This document shows positions 1-13,264 of a DNA stretch of 64,000 nucleotides, one piece after another (positions within the stretch are counted from its first letter, which is position 1; every line of letters begins with the position of its first letter). The stretch spans positions 12,834,001 to 12,898,000 of the forward strand of contig OZ249443.1 in assembly GCA_965235115.1 (NCBI GenBank), written 5' to 3'. The position numbers and the translations under genes were made by a program. Source of the stretch: Laetmonice hystrix (lineage: Eukaryota). Under the pieces are notes generated by a model, which saw nothing but the letters and a program-made list of their open reading frames with translations, searched no databases and was not told the origin of the DNA.

Positions 1-2778
1 GCTTTCCTTCTGTCCGCAAAACTTCACAATGGCTAAACCCCGAAGCCACCGTGAACAATGGCATCTTAATCGTCCTACTATCATGTAGGTGCTGTAGGAA
101 GAACAGGAATCCTTTGAGAAACAGGGCTTTAATCGCAGCAGAATCAGCTAGCAGGACATAGTTCCAGAGCAGACCGAAACAACCCCTGAAGATATAGTCG
201 GGAGATGAGATGTTGTTTCTTTGAGGGAATGAATGATTTGCTAAGATTGGACGCCGGTGTCATGCTAGATTACGGCGTCTCCTGGGATAGCAATTTTAAT
301 ATAATGAATTTAGACAGATGGAGTCCCGTAATTAGGGGTGCGGTTAGCTAAGTCTATTAAATTCCCTCATCACAACCACCGTGTTTCCCTCAAAATAATC
401 ACCGATACCGTATCACACGTATCCGGCGGATGACATGAATCTGCAGAAGCCCTTTTGCCATAATGAATAAACAATAAACACCAGATTCACCAGTACAGAA
501 CCGCTTCCACAAACGAACTTTCATTTATTTATCCGAGGTTGAACTAACCAACCGGGATGTTGAGACGAGAACCGCGGACCATTAAAATTTTACAGACAGG
601 ATCTACTCAGTCAGGCCCATGTCATGTCGCCTAGCCTTCCATCATCGACCGGTGACAGACTCGCAAACACAGTCGCAAACACACAGCATGGCTGGACATA
701 CAATGTACCAAAGCCTTTGACAAAGCAGAACTGGGCAAGAAGTAAAGGAAGAGATATGGGATCCTATTGTTTTCCAGGTCCCCACAGAATAACTTAGCCA
801 AACGCACACCTGGACGCAGGCGACTAGACATGTCTAGCAGTCCCTCCAAAATTACATGGCTGTAATTTCCTTGTGAGTCATTATTTTGGGTTAATGCTAA
901 GTTTATTCCCCCATGGTAACTTCCCCACAACATTTTAAGGTCAGGGATAAGGATAGAGATATGTTTTGGGGAGGTGTAGGAACCGGGGTTAGGGGTGAGG
1001 GATAAGGTCTGGGCCATGATTCTTTACTTACGACCAAATTTCGTGGGTTTTAAGTTAGCACGGATGATGTACCAATGCCAACCTTCCATCTAATTAACAA
1101 CAAAACACGTTGTCATTATCGCAGTCAAATGATAATGTTCTTCATCCTAGGTAGTCTCTGGTGCAGTTCTCCATCTAGATACTCTTTTGGTACCTACTTT
1201 GCTACAGAAACTGATGACAGTCGTCAAGTCGTTTCTATGCAGGTCTTACGGCAACAGTAATATCCCTCATAACACGCAAATGTCACCAAGCCTTGGAGGT
1301 AATCACTATCTCTGTGATTATTGGCTGGGGGGGGTCGCCTGATGTTTGGCTACCAGGACAGACGACCTTGGTTGCGAAAGGAAACGACTCTCTCTCAGTC
1401 CGATTTCGGCAGGACCGTGGTTATTTTTATCCGTGACGTGCGTAGACCGTCCGTTAATGACGTCAAAATACAAACTCCGCCGGATGGACGCCCGACGTTA
1501 TCCGCGACGTTACCCACATAAACACCAAGTCGCCAACCTCCCGTCGCGTCACGCATCGGAACGAGTGAGAATCAGCCATTAAAACGTGGTTCACCCAGGA
1601 GTAATGTCACTGCTACTGACGGCTGCTGTCATCATCCATGAGTCCGGCGAATGTCTCCTAAAGGTTAATTCAAGGAGACTCAGCCGGAGGAGCATGTACG
1701 AACGACCAATCCAGCCACCTTTTTGAGAAGCTCTCAATGTGTCTTTATTCGTCCAGCCGACCCGTCCTCAAATGCCTCAGGCCTTGACAGGGGTACCACA
1801 GTTTATTTGGATGAACTCATCTAAATAACAATGACCGCAAACTTCTGGATGGTGTGACTCAAACCACGAGAGCCACGAATGGGAGGAAACATCCCAAGTT
1901 CGCAGTGACGACTCTGCATCCATTCAGAAAGTGCCACGTTTGCTTATTTTTGGCTAATTAACGCAGGCTTGGATGAAGCCGCTTTGAAATCAATGGCAAC
2001 GCGGAAACGAGGGAATGATGTCCACAATCAGGACTGCACTTAGTGGCTTGATTTTGAAAAGGCCACGTGTGAATTCGCCTGTCTGACCCTTCAGAACGGC
2101 TCTTTCCTTTCTTACAAGTACAAACACCGACTAACAATGATCCTATTAGTTTAGTAAGGTGGACCTATGGTGAGACTCAGAGAGTGGCACCAGCTTTGTT
2201 CTAACTGTCTCAAATGCGCGTGGCTTCAGATAACAACAACATTTCAGCATTTTGCAAATTAGTGAGGTGGCTTCTATTAAGTATGCTGAAAACACATAAG
2301 GATGTCTGGGAAATGGCTTCCTGGGAAATTACTATAAGAACTTTATGTGCCCGTTTAACATCACTAGAATCCACGGATATACCAACCGCAGAGGGTAGGC
2401 CGAACCTCATGAAATCATGTCTGTCAAATGATGGCATAATTTATGACATTGCTTTGGTCGTTATCCTGCACCCCTCCCATGAAATACACGCCATATTGAA
2501 TTATCTGACGGAACCTTTCACATATCGTGAGACACAGAACCTATACCCCCAGTGGGGATAAAAAGTTAAATCGGCTCATACATTATTACCCCACTTCGTA
2601 ATAACTCGGTGACTCGTTTATCGGTTCTCAGCCATGTTGTAACCCACTGTGATGAAAACGGTGCTTCCCAGTGTTTATCGTCACAGCAAATACCATTACC
2701 AGCGCAGACTTGGGTGGGCAACTGTGCAATCCCATTTCTCCGGTGTTCCTGGCTGATACATCACTGTCATGACAACGG

Positions 2779-2792
2779 CCACCAGAGGGCAG
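2779..2792 (+). promoter_or_regulatory. CTCF consensus motif CCACCAGAGGGCAG
   Basis: 14/14 match to CCASYAGRKGGCRS. Sequence match only, binding not shown. Confidence 0.55.
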
Positions 2793-3683
2793 TGCCGGTG
2801 GTGGTGTCAGAGTATAATTTCATCCCCAGTATGGTGTTATTTGTTGATTGTTGCCTGCCTAATAAGGTCACCTGAGAGGCAATCACATCTGACTATGCAT
2901 GGTTTATTCTGAAGAACGGTAAAAAATATCGAACACTGCTGGATTAAAATACAGGGCGATTCTATCTTCTTTCTCCTTCTCGCGTTGTGAAATGCATAAT
3001 TTAAGCGTCCATCATTGGAAAATCTCATCAAAGGCTTGACTTAATCCCATCCGCACGCAATACTCGTATCCTGACAATTATGGTATCAATTAATCCACTA
3101 GTGTTAATTAGATTCACATACGTTATATGAGATAGCGGATCATATATAGCAGTGTCTTTGTTCCCGTGCTCTGAATGATGGTTAAGGAAGTGAATGTAGC
3201 CATGGTAACGTCTATTCTTTCAGAGTACTATCACTGACATACTCACGAGAAGGAGGCATTTGACACTCCCCCAAATTTCGGTTATCTTGATGTCGGGCCT
3301 CCTGGTTTATCTCAGGTATTGGGGGACATAGATTACTGTATATCGTACATATCCTACTTTGACACAAAGAACCCGTCATGTATTTTATTCTCTGCACGTG
3401 GCAGAGACAGCAGCAGACGACTTGGTCGTCCTCTTCACTAATCTCCAAACAGGTCATTGTCATTTGGTGTTATCTCTAAACGCAGACGAAATCTTTCTCT
3501 TGTGTATTCATAACACAATCTGCTTTAACGGGTCGATCAAGTAATTAAATGCCTCTGAAGACATTAATGAGAGGCTTTGCATGAAATCTAGGCCTAATCA
3601 TCAAGCTCATACAAAAACCTGAAGGACCGTCTACGTTCAGCAACTATCATTTTAGATGTTTGACTTTACAAAGTCGAACTTAC

Positions 3684-3831
3684 TTTGTGAAATGCGAGCC
3701 TCGTTTTCATCGGATGACTTTTCACTTCCTCCCTCGTTACCTTCTTCATGCTGTGCTGCCACCTGTAGGCTGAGTTTGTGGCAAACTTCGAACGCCTGGC
3801 CTACAGTTCGCACGATGCGCATGGCCTGACT
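3684..3831 (-). CDS. NOS1AP: NOS1AP/CAPON-like exon ([49 protein letters not shown])
   Basis: 148 bp, phase 0/1. Acceptor tttgctgtttttcag|AGT, donor CAA A|gtaagt. [23 protein letters not shown] is the PTB C-terminal helix of NOS1AP. Absent from the ORF track. The 3' boundary is inferred from the best donor. Confidence 0.93.
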
Positions 3832-5209
3832 CTGAAAAACAGCAAAACAAGATAAATGCTATAATATTATTCTAATATATAATATTATATTAATATTATA
3901 ATATAATGTATAATAAATCAACACTCCTATGTGCATGTATATGCATACAAAGAAACTCTACCTGAGAGCGGTGAATTTATTACAAAATTGGAATGAATTA
4001 TCATAAATTCCATCATGAATACTGCGAATGAAAGTTGAATGTAACAAAGAAACTTTCTCGTCCCGAAGATATCTTTATGTGTTGGGCGATGGCATATACT
4101 CAATCTATGACATCGGGACTAACATACGATGACAGTGACACATCGACTCGGCTATTTTACAGTAATCCTCTGTACCGTAAACCTCGGATGACCATGATTT
4201 CCATCCTCTTGTATTTCCTTTCTGTTGTTATGACGGATGATACCAACTTTATATACGGCTCTAGACGCTAGAGGCAGTATGGCAGTAAATCTCTACTAGT
4301 CAAAGCAATCTATACCAGACACTACACCACTTAGAAGGTGTGTGGGGGTGAGGATGTGTATGGGGGTGGGGTATTGTGCCGCACTCCCCAGCAGGCACCA
4401 ATGCTAAAATAACAAATCATGACAATATGACCTCCATTCCTCCCAATGTCTCCTCATACTCTGATCACCTGATTTTCGAGTTTATATTGCCCCAATCATT
4501 GATTCCATGTCTGAGTATTGGTTGCCATGACGATATGACGTACCCCTCTCGGCGACTTATCGACTCACGGAGTTGTCTAGGGACTGGTTTATAACAAAAG
4601 CAGCCTAGCTCAATTTTTCGGTATAATCTCTGACCTGACAAAGGCACCTGTGGCTTTGATGCGTGCCGGAGGATTGTTGACTTTGTTGGCCACCTGACAA
4701 CCTACTCACCTGTTGAGAAATACCCGTACCTGGAGACCTCCTGTACTACAGCTGGCAGGTCACGGAACGCTACCACTCTACACCAGGGACAGAGGCCTCA
4801 CTAATCCGTTGATCCGTTGAGACATTACCGTAACTCTATAATAGGTACTCTAATCCCACATAAAAGCTCTGCTGTCTTGTAGAACACCCCAGTTACTTTT
4901 TGAGGCTAATTGCTAAATAATGGAACAATCTGTACAGTTACGAGTATATGTTGTACTGCACCGCACTGCCTCCGACTTCAGAGGTCGGAGGTCTCATGAT
5001 TTTCACCGTGAGCTTCTTTTTGCTAATTATTGTACACCCCAAATATTCTGTTTTTATATTAATTAACATCGGTACGTTGACCCTACATAATGTTCAGTCG
5101 TTCCATCTGTCCATAACTTGTTCAGATGTGACATATGGCAATATTGGCAGTTTATATGAGAGCATAAGCTGCTTGACTTCATACCCTGGGATTTGAGCAG
5201 TTGGTATAG

Positions 5210-5530
5210 TGTCAGATTACTTGGAGACTTGTCAATCGATCAAAACGTCCTCGTAACTAAAAGCTCTTTCCGAATCAGCTCGAGACAACCAAGTTTTCTT
5301 TTAAATGGATTTAAGACAACTTGCCTCTCCATTTCTAAGTCGATAGACTGCTTTTAGCAAAGTCAACTCAGAACCGCCCCTCTAAACATTTCACTCTGAT
5401 ATTAACAACAAAGGCCTACAAGTAGATCCTGTTTCCACGTTCACCTAATCCTGGCATCTCGTCTTCAACGATCAAAGAGTTAAACTGTCACTGGATACCT
5501 ACTCCTCTATAGACTGCGTGCTAAACGGTT
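5210..5530 (+). mobile_element. Decayed CR1/L2-like LINE reverse transcriptase C-terminal fragment
   Basis: Manual translation with stops and frameshifts gives LKALSESARDNQVFF*...INNKGLQVDPVSTFT...GISSSTIKELNCH. This resembles the CR1/L2 RT end (L..L.EW...N...FN...I....LE.V..FKYLGV.I...L.W..H). Judged by eye only. Confidence 0.4.
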
Positions 5531-5563
5531 TAAAGGACATGAAGAACGCCGTTCCTAGTCCGC

Positions 5564-5577
5564 CCAGTAGGGGGCGC
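5564..5577 (+). promoter_or_regulatory. CTCF consensus motif CCAGTAGGGGGCGC
   Basis: 14/14 match to CCASYAGRKGGCRS. Confidence 0.55.
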
Positions 5578-7651
5578 TTCACCTAGGGTGGTCATTGACT
5601 TCACACTCTGTGTACGGACTGACCCCGCCTGGGTTTTGGTTCCACAATAAAACATCAATGTGTGACACAGGTAAAACAAGACGAAGACAGAGCCAGGGCC
5701 TGAGTTTTATATATGCTGTGTGGATTAGGTAGACCTGACAATTATAATTAATGTGTACGAGTTCATCTTACAGATTCACCCCCTAGATCGTCATCACCAA
5801 GCTAGACGTCAACTCATAGAGAAGGTTATAAATTAGACCCACCCAACGGCTGTGAGATGGATCTATGATGACCATAGATCAATACGGCTTACTGATTAAC
5901 ACAGCTGACATGTACACACCTACTAATAATCACAGCAGAGTCTGGCTTTCTAATCGTCAAGATTAATACCTAATCATTTAGAGAACTCGAGTACCACTGC
6001 AAAGTTAGGCGTAACCCGTACTGACTCAGAGAACTACAAATACACATTGCATTCATGGAGCAGAATTACCCCTAGTGATTACCAGAGCCGAGCTAGTCCA
6101 GCTGGGAAAATGCTAACTTCATCTGAAAACATTTGCTTCAGCATCTTTATGGTTACCATGGCAGCCAAGGAATGCAATATAAATAGTTTCTCTCCGACTG
6201 ACCGTCCCGTCACATAAAACACATCCCACCTGTACCTCCTCATCACCCCCCCTGTGCTACATCACCCCGGGGGGTCCTACCCCCTTCATATTTTTTTCTT
6301 AATCAAATAACAAAGTTCCCTTATCTTGTCATAACAAATTACTCATACCGAACGTTCCTCGCCAGTTTTATCCTATCACACCTACGTATCCAAGCCTTAT
6401 GAACTGGATGCCATCAAAGCCTGATGCTCCCTAATGACCCATATATTGTCCCTGCATTATATATCTCCGTATCTATTTTCATTTATCTCCACGCTGAACA
6501 GTTTATTCACAGTAAAAGGACCTTCATTACCCTGATGTATGGTGGCACACAGACACTCTTCAAGATATCCAATTACTGGGTACTTTCAATTTACACACTA
6601 TCTTTTAGTTGCCGTTATAGAAATTACATATATAACACTAATCTCTTGGTAATGTTATTATCTACAGCAGTTTTACTCCTTAAATGAAATGACTGTTTCC
6701 ATGGTAATAAAAATTACATTAGCGAACCCAGGACAATAAATCATCAATCTAAAACAGAATGTTTGACCCAATTAGTTTTCCTTTTTTACTTACTTTATTT
6801 TGAATCAAGTTAATTTTTCTCAGTAATAATCTGCCAGTTTTCCCAGGAGATTTCATATCAGCTACGCCTAGCCTCTCAGATCGTTTTTCATTAGGTTTTG
6901 TATGATATTATCTATATTGCTGAAGAGACAGATAACTATTAACAAATACTAATTAAACACATCTATTTTACTGACAGTCCTCCCCCCTAATCTTAGCCCC
7001 TTGCAACATGTCTACGGAAACTGACGAGAAAAACTAAAAATCTCTACATCTCCCCCCCCCCCTATCGACACCCCTAACCCCGGTACCAATAACTCCTAAA
7101 TAACCATCCCAAACATTTACCCCCCCCCCCCCGCCTTCCTCCACATTGACAATGATACACACACTGGCCCCTGAAAGGGCCGGCCTCACGGTGGATGGGG
7201 CTGTCTGTAGACAAATCCCATTCACTGACACCTATTGATTATGACGTCATGCGTTCCCCCATTGTCACATCTTGTTGGCATTCTCCGGGTGAGGGTCTCG
7301 CCAAAACTACGGCAGGAATTAATGGCTTAGTCCTTGGGAGCTCACCTCTCAGGTCTCAAGACACGCGATTATCCTAACATCTTCTTGACGGGGGAACAGG
7401 TGAGACCAGAAGAGACAACAATTCGATGCCATTTGAATGAATTTACAATCTACATAATACACAAATTTATGTCACTTTGAATCTTGGATTTTCTCGCTCT
7501 TTCTTTACAAATTGAAAAACACTTTCAAAGATATTAGGAAATAAACTGCAAATGACACTAAGAGAGAAAGTTGGCTGTGAAGCGTCCAATACTGCTCCCC
7601 CGGATGCTTTCTTTACGTCAATCATATCTGGGTCAGTGATGACACATTACC

Positions 7652-7665
7652 CCACCAGGTGGCAC
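7652..7665 (+). promoter_or_regulatory. CTCF consensus motif CCACCAGGTGGCAC
   Basis: 14/14 match to CCASYAGRKGGCRS. Confidence 0.5.
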
Positions 7666-10600
7666 CTTCTCCGACGGTTCCCAATATAACACAAACGTAT
7701 GGTGTGGTCCATTCCTTCACTGCCCTCGCCATATCAAGAACTAGGCCTGCCAGTTATATGTGGACTCTCCGTCTGTCTACGATACAACTGATCTGGATGG
7801 TTGAAAGTTAGCAAGGTTCCTTCAATCTTCTCCAACAAGTATCTTAATTGGCATGGCAAACGGCAAAATCTCTGCCTCAAGCTAATTGTGGCCTTGATCT
7901 CACTGTGAGAGTTTAAAACATTAAGTAGATTAATCCAGTTGACATTACTTTGTGAATCGTTAGGCTTAGCGATATGCGGGAGACCTGCAACCTAATAGAT
8001 ATTTTGCTAGAACAAATCATTGATAAAAACTCAGCGTTATCTTTCACAATCAGTCTCCAAAGACTCAGTAAGAAAACTTACATTACGGTCATCAAAAAAG
8101 TCCATGTCTGAATCTGAAAATTCTTTCTTGGTGGCTTCAACGGTGGCTTCTGTTTTAGTTTTCGTTGCGTTTTTCTCTGCATCTTTCATTTCCCATGGCT
8201 TCCATTCCTCCAGTAACGACAACTGTCCGCCATTAGCCATTGTGACGTGTTAAGTGTAAGCCGGTACTTTAAATGCAAATTTATGCAAATCGCCACGTCA
8301 TTTCCGCAAAGCTGCTCCCTGGGGACTTGGCAGGAAATCTCAACTGTTCCAAATTCACGAAGGGTGGTAATCCAAATCTTTTTGAGGATATTCAAACCGT
8401 CTTCAGCTTTCTTTCACTCATGACAAAATGTGTGCAAACTGTTCGTTATCTTTCGACAGTTACTATAGAACGTACCCGTTTCTCTTTGCAGAGATTGACA
8501 CTTTTGTAATAAGTTTGAATGTTTATCTGTCGGCTGGAGGCCACGTTAGACTTTGAATAATAGTTGTTCGCTGCAGGTGTCCTTGTATACCTTTCCCTTG
8601 ACGACAGGTGGTACTGGGTATCTGACATATAAATGTCCTATAAAAGATAACATCATTTGATGTTTTCCCAGATACGGCTTTCGTATTACATCCGTGACTT
8701 CTCACCCCTATCTTTGATTTAATCCTAACAAAATGGTGACTTAAAGCTGGACGTCAATGGTTGTTCTGCACAAGTCGGTTTGCTGCCACTCTCCGCTTGA
8801 GTCTCGTTTATATCCTAACTGAAGTCACGCTGTACGACCTGATGGGGATTCCAACACTGTGTATAAAGTCGTCTGGTCTCAGTAGAGGCTTCCGCGTTCA
8901 GTACTCTGGACTCACTCCCTACGTCTCCGTGCCCCATGTGTGTCCATAACGCATACATGAAACAACCTGTATCAGGTTTACCAAAAAACACCATTTTCAG
9001 CTCTCATGTGAGAAAAAATATCTCCGTCTCTCCGGAGTTATACGTGTCTCCATAACGAACTCCATGCGTGAGGTTCCTCACTTGGCCAGCTGTGGAGAAC
9101 GCCTGCCTGCTCCTCCTGGGCGAGGTTTAACACCGTGCGTATACTCCCTGGAGGCAGAAAATCTTCACTTCCACACGTCCTCCGCTTGTGTTCAGAGACC
9201 TGTCTACACCCTGTGGTAAATTCACTGGAGTAGTACCCCCCGCTATAGGGGGGGGGGCTCTCCAGTTGTCTTCACCCTCTCCTGTATATATCATCCCCAC
9301 GCTACTCCTGGAAGAATGCGTGTACTTGTGCCGAAACGATAAACATCGGCAAAAAAAATAATCTTTAAAAATTTCCCCCCTTGAAAGAATGACAAGACAA
9401 TAACATGACTGAAAAAATTGAAATAAACGACGTCCCTTATAAATAAAGGGAGGGGGCACTGATCATGGAACAGCCTGAACGGGATCTCAATACACACATT
9501 TCTCCCTTTGCCTACACTACCCCCACCCCCACCCTGCCGGTCTCTCACTCCACCCCTCCTACTCCAAACTCATGTATATATACTGTACTTATTTGCCACC
9601 ACTGGAGGCGACCAGGACGGCCATATACTCCAGTGTCCCCCACTGGCACTAACCCACTTCCATGATTACTCCTCCAGTACAGTCGACTTATTTCCAGAGC
9701 CGGATGCTGTTTTTCCACCCCTCCAGCACCTCGTCTGTACGAACCCTGCCTGATGGGCAAGCAGACTGCCAAATCTCTCCGTCTGTGTTTGGACCAGTTT
9801 CAATCCAATGGATCTCATCCAAAACACACAGAACAGCTGAACCTATATTACCACGATTCTATTCTTGGACTTATTCCTATCCTTAGTAGTTTCTTCTGTT
9901 CATCTCTCATGTTTCATATGATATTATACAAAACCGTACTTGAAAGTGACTTCCTCAGTAATCTTCCTGATCTTAATGTAGGCATAGAAATATTCATCAA
10001 TAAATCCTCGTTTTGGGGAAAAGTTAGGTCCAATTTTTTCATGACAATATCGTTATGGACATTCCTTCTTCATAGTAGTACTCTTTTCAAGTACTGCCCA
10101 CACGTACATAGCGTGTTTAAAGCACCCAATAGCCCGCGTAACTATCGCAGCATAATCTCAAGTGATGTGGTTTGTTTCGTGGAGGTTTCCGTTTCAGACG
10201 TCAAACATCGCCAACCAACCCGCCTTCACACGTCAGCCTCGTTCTCATACTGAGCCGGTGAAGATACCCACAAGTCTCCGGGGGAGGTTTCCGGGGAGCG
10301 GCCAGAGAGCGCCTACCAGGCCTTATCAGACCATATCGACAACTACACTTGTCTGTTGACTGTTTGTTGATATTGTCTTCTTAACGCCGGCACCTGGGCT
10401 TCATCACTGCCTGACCTACTTCCCGGGGCTAAATAAACCGGAAGTAAGGATATATTGCCTTGTATTGATAAAGATCTAAAAATTGTGCAGGCTTCCAAAC
10501 CAGTACTACGTAGCCAAAGGAGTATATTCTTTAAGATAAGCCTATCTACTTTTATACAGCCGAAGGAAATATATTGTCCTTGATTATAGGGTGAAGCACA

Positions 10601-11500
10601 AAGACTACGATCATATTTTCGCTGATATTTCCTATATTTCCATACGCAATGATCATAGGTAAAGCAATCGAATGATTGGATTTTACATATTTAGACACAA
10701 GTAGAAATTTGAAGATCTTGTCACAAGATCGGCAATTCGATAAAAGTACCCACATATTCATGGAAACTAGAGAGCGAGGATTAAAACAGAAATACGTTGA
10801 TAATGGAAACTTGGGGGCCGTTATCATAAAGATGAACGAAAAAAGTACATTGACTGACGTGACAACTAAATAACGATCACTGGTTTAAAGTAATGAGAAA
10901 TAAGAATGTATTCAATGAGGTTAATAGCACCTGCGACGAACCTTTCAAAAGAGTTTCGCACAACAACGTTTTAGGTAGTCCCATGTCGACTTCAAAACGT
11001 GTCATTCTTGTCAAAGTGAAACCGTTCATCAAAGTCACGTCTCACCATTTCATGAAAACATCGGCGGTCTCTTTAATAAAACCTTAATGACTCTGGGTGT
11101 CCGACTGAACATGATCCGGGACCAACGTTTTACGGCAGGGAGTCAAAGGTTAGCGGCTAACAATGTTAAAAGTTAGGAATGCCGAATGTTCGCATCAAAT
11201 ACATGCGTCACATCATTAGGACACTGCTCAATATTCTGACCGCGTGCATGTCCAATGATTAATTGCCATTTAAAAAAACCGTTATAAACTGAAAATAAAT
11301 TATTCATTAAATAAAGTACCTTCCACCCCCTTAAAACCACATGCTGGATAGTTTTAATGGTATTCGATTACTTTTAACTGATACTTGAGACATTTCTCCT
11401 AATCCTAAAGGTTCATGTACGGCCAGGCGGTCTCGGAACCCTGTGATATCACACAATGAATGCCACCTTGCACAAACAGACCCTGCTGTACCCAACGACA

Positions 11501-12418
11501 ACCCCAGCACACAGCCTGACCAGAGCCCAGTCGGTCCCATGCCAAGCTGCCCGAACCCCAGCACACAGCCTGACCAGAGCCCAGTCGGTCCCATGCCAAG
11601 CTGCCCGAACCCCAGCACACAGCCTGACCAGAGCCCAGTCGGTCCCATGCCAACCTGCCCGAACCCCAGCACACAGCCTGACCAGAGCCCAGTCGGTCCC
11701 ATGCCAACCTGCCCGAACCCCAGCACACAGCCTGACCAGAGCCCAGTCGGTCCCATGCCAACCTGCCCGAACCCCAGCACACAGCCTGACCAGAGCCATC
11801 AGTCGGTCCCATGCCAAGCTGCCCGAACCCCAGCACACAGCCTGACCAGAGCCATCAGTCGGTCCCATGCCAACCTGCCCGAACCCCAGCACACAGCCTG
11901 ACCAGAGCCCAGTCGGTCCCATGCCAACCTGCCCGAACCCCAGCACACAGCCTGACCAGAGCCCGGTCGGTCCCATGCCAACCTGTCCGAACCCCAGCAC
12001 ACAGCCTGACCAGAGCCCGGTCGGTCCCAGCCAACCTGCCCGAACCCCAGCACACAGCCTGACCAGAGCCCAGTAGGTCCCATGCCAACCTGCCCGAACC
12101 CAGCACACAGCCTGACCAGAGCCCGGTCGGTCCCATGCCAACCTGTCCGAACCCCAGCACACAGCCTGACCAGAGCCCAGTCGGTCCCATGCCAACCTGT
12201 CCGAACCCCAGCACACAGCCTGACCAGAGCCCAGTCGGTCCCATGCCAACCTGTCCGAACCCCAGCACACAGCCTGACCAGAGCCCAGTCGGTCCCATGC
12301 CAACCTGCCCGAACCCCAGCACACAGCCTGACCAGAGGCCAGTCGGTCCCATGCCAACCTGCCCGAACCCCAGCACACAGCCTGACCAGAGCCCAGTCGG
12401 TCCCATGCCAACCTGCCC
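11501..12418. repeat. 54-bp minisatellite, about 17 copies
   Basis: Unit accccagcacacagcctgaccagagcccagtcggtcccatgccaacctgcccga recurs at 11501, 11555 and onward, with few variants. Confidence 0.97.
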
Positions 12419-12489
12419 TCCTCCAGAATAAAGCACCAGGTGTCCTGCTCCTTCCCCAGACAACCAATTAGTGGTTGGGGTGTGAGACA

Positions 12490-12660
12490 GGTTGCCAACC
12501 CCATCTGATGGCTGGGGTCGGGCCGGGTGGTGGTTCTTACAAAGAAACCAACCCAGTTCCCTGCCAACCTGAGGACGGCTGACACTCATTGCAGGGCGGT
12601 GGACTCCAACCCGCACCTACCGCCAGTCATGTCCACAGCTAGCCTGCCAACTCTTGTCAC
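12490..12660 (-). mobile_element. Possible degenerate tRNA-derived SINE fragment abutting the 54-bp array
   Basis: The minus strand has a B-box-like GCGGGTTGGAGTCCACCGCC, similar to GTGGGTTTGACTCCCACCGCC at about 59917-59937 (+). The motif TGTAAG..CCCGGCCCGACCCC also recurs at about 45301-45330 (+), indicating a dispersed repeat family. Confidence 0.3.
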
Positions 12661-12859
12661 TTGTAACAATTATAACAAAACGGCCGCCCGCAGGCCAATC
12701 TGGTCACAAAGATGGGTTCACCTCCAACCCGTTTTGTGTTCAGGGGGAAGGGGGTTGGTTCAAGCTGGTCTATAGCATCGGGTATAGCATCGGGGCGACA
12801 CCTTCTTCACCTCAACCTTTCCAATCAACATCCAATTCTGTGATACGTGGATACACTAC

Positions 12860-13264
12860 TGCGCCTATATCCGGGGCACTTTCTAATTTCCATCGTGAAA
12901 ACCAATATTCACATATACAGGCACATGTGAGTGCATACTCCTGTATGCGAGACACTTTCTAATTTCCCGCGTTAATTATTCAGATATAGGCGCACCCACG
13001 TACGTGATTAAATTGTGGAGCTGTGTTACCGTAGGCCTGAGAACATGAATGGACGTAACCTGGGCCCATGTTTTTCAGTCGAAGGACTGTCGGTGGCAGC
13101 ATTGCCCTCTTCCATTAGGGGTGTGCATGTGCGCCTATATGTGAATATTGGGGGTGTGCTTATACCCGGATATAGGCGCATACGATTTTTGATTTTGCAA
13201 TTTCCTCAAAAAACGCAAAATTCCGCTTATAGGCGCACGCGCCTAAAAGTGCGTCAATACGGTA
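12860..13264. mobile_element. Non-autonomous Tc1/mariner(pogo)-like MITE remnant
   Basis: Perfect 15-bp inverted pair TGCGCCTATATCCGG (12860-12874) / CCGGATATAGGCGCA (13166-13180), plus an inner inverted AATATTCACATAT/ATATGTGAATATT. The right end reads TA|CCGTATTGACGCAC on the minus strand, typical of TA-target elements. The left terminus appears truncated. Confidence 0.55.

Noticed and set aside
4690-4800. tRNA-like A-box (TGGTGTAGAGTGGT) on the minus strand
   Set aside because: No convincing B-box or cloverleaf; at most a decayed SINE head.
11331-12616. Long ORFs up to 378 aa on both strands
   Set aside because: They are translations of the 54-bp (18-codon) tandem repeat inside an intron, with no splice or homology support.
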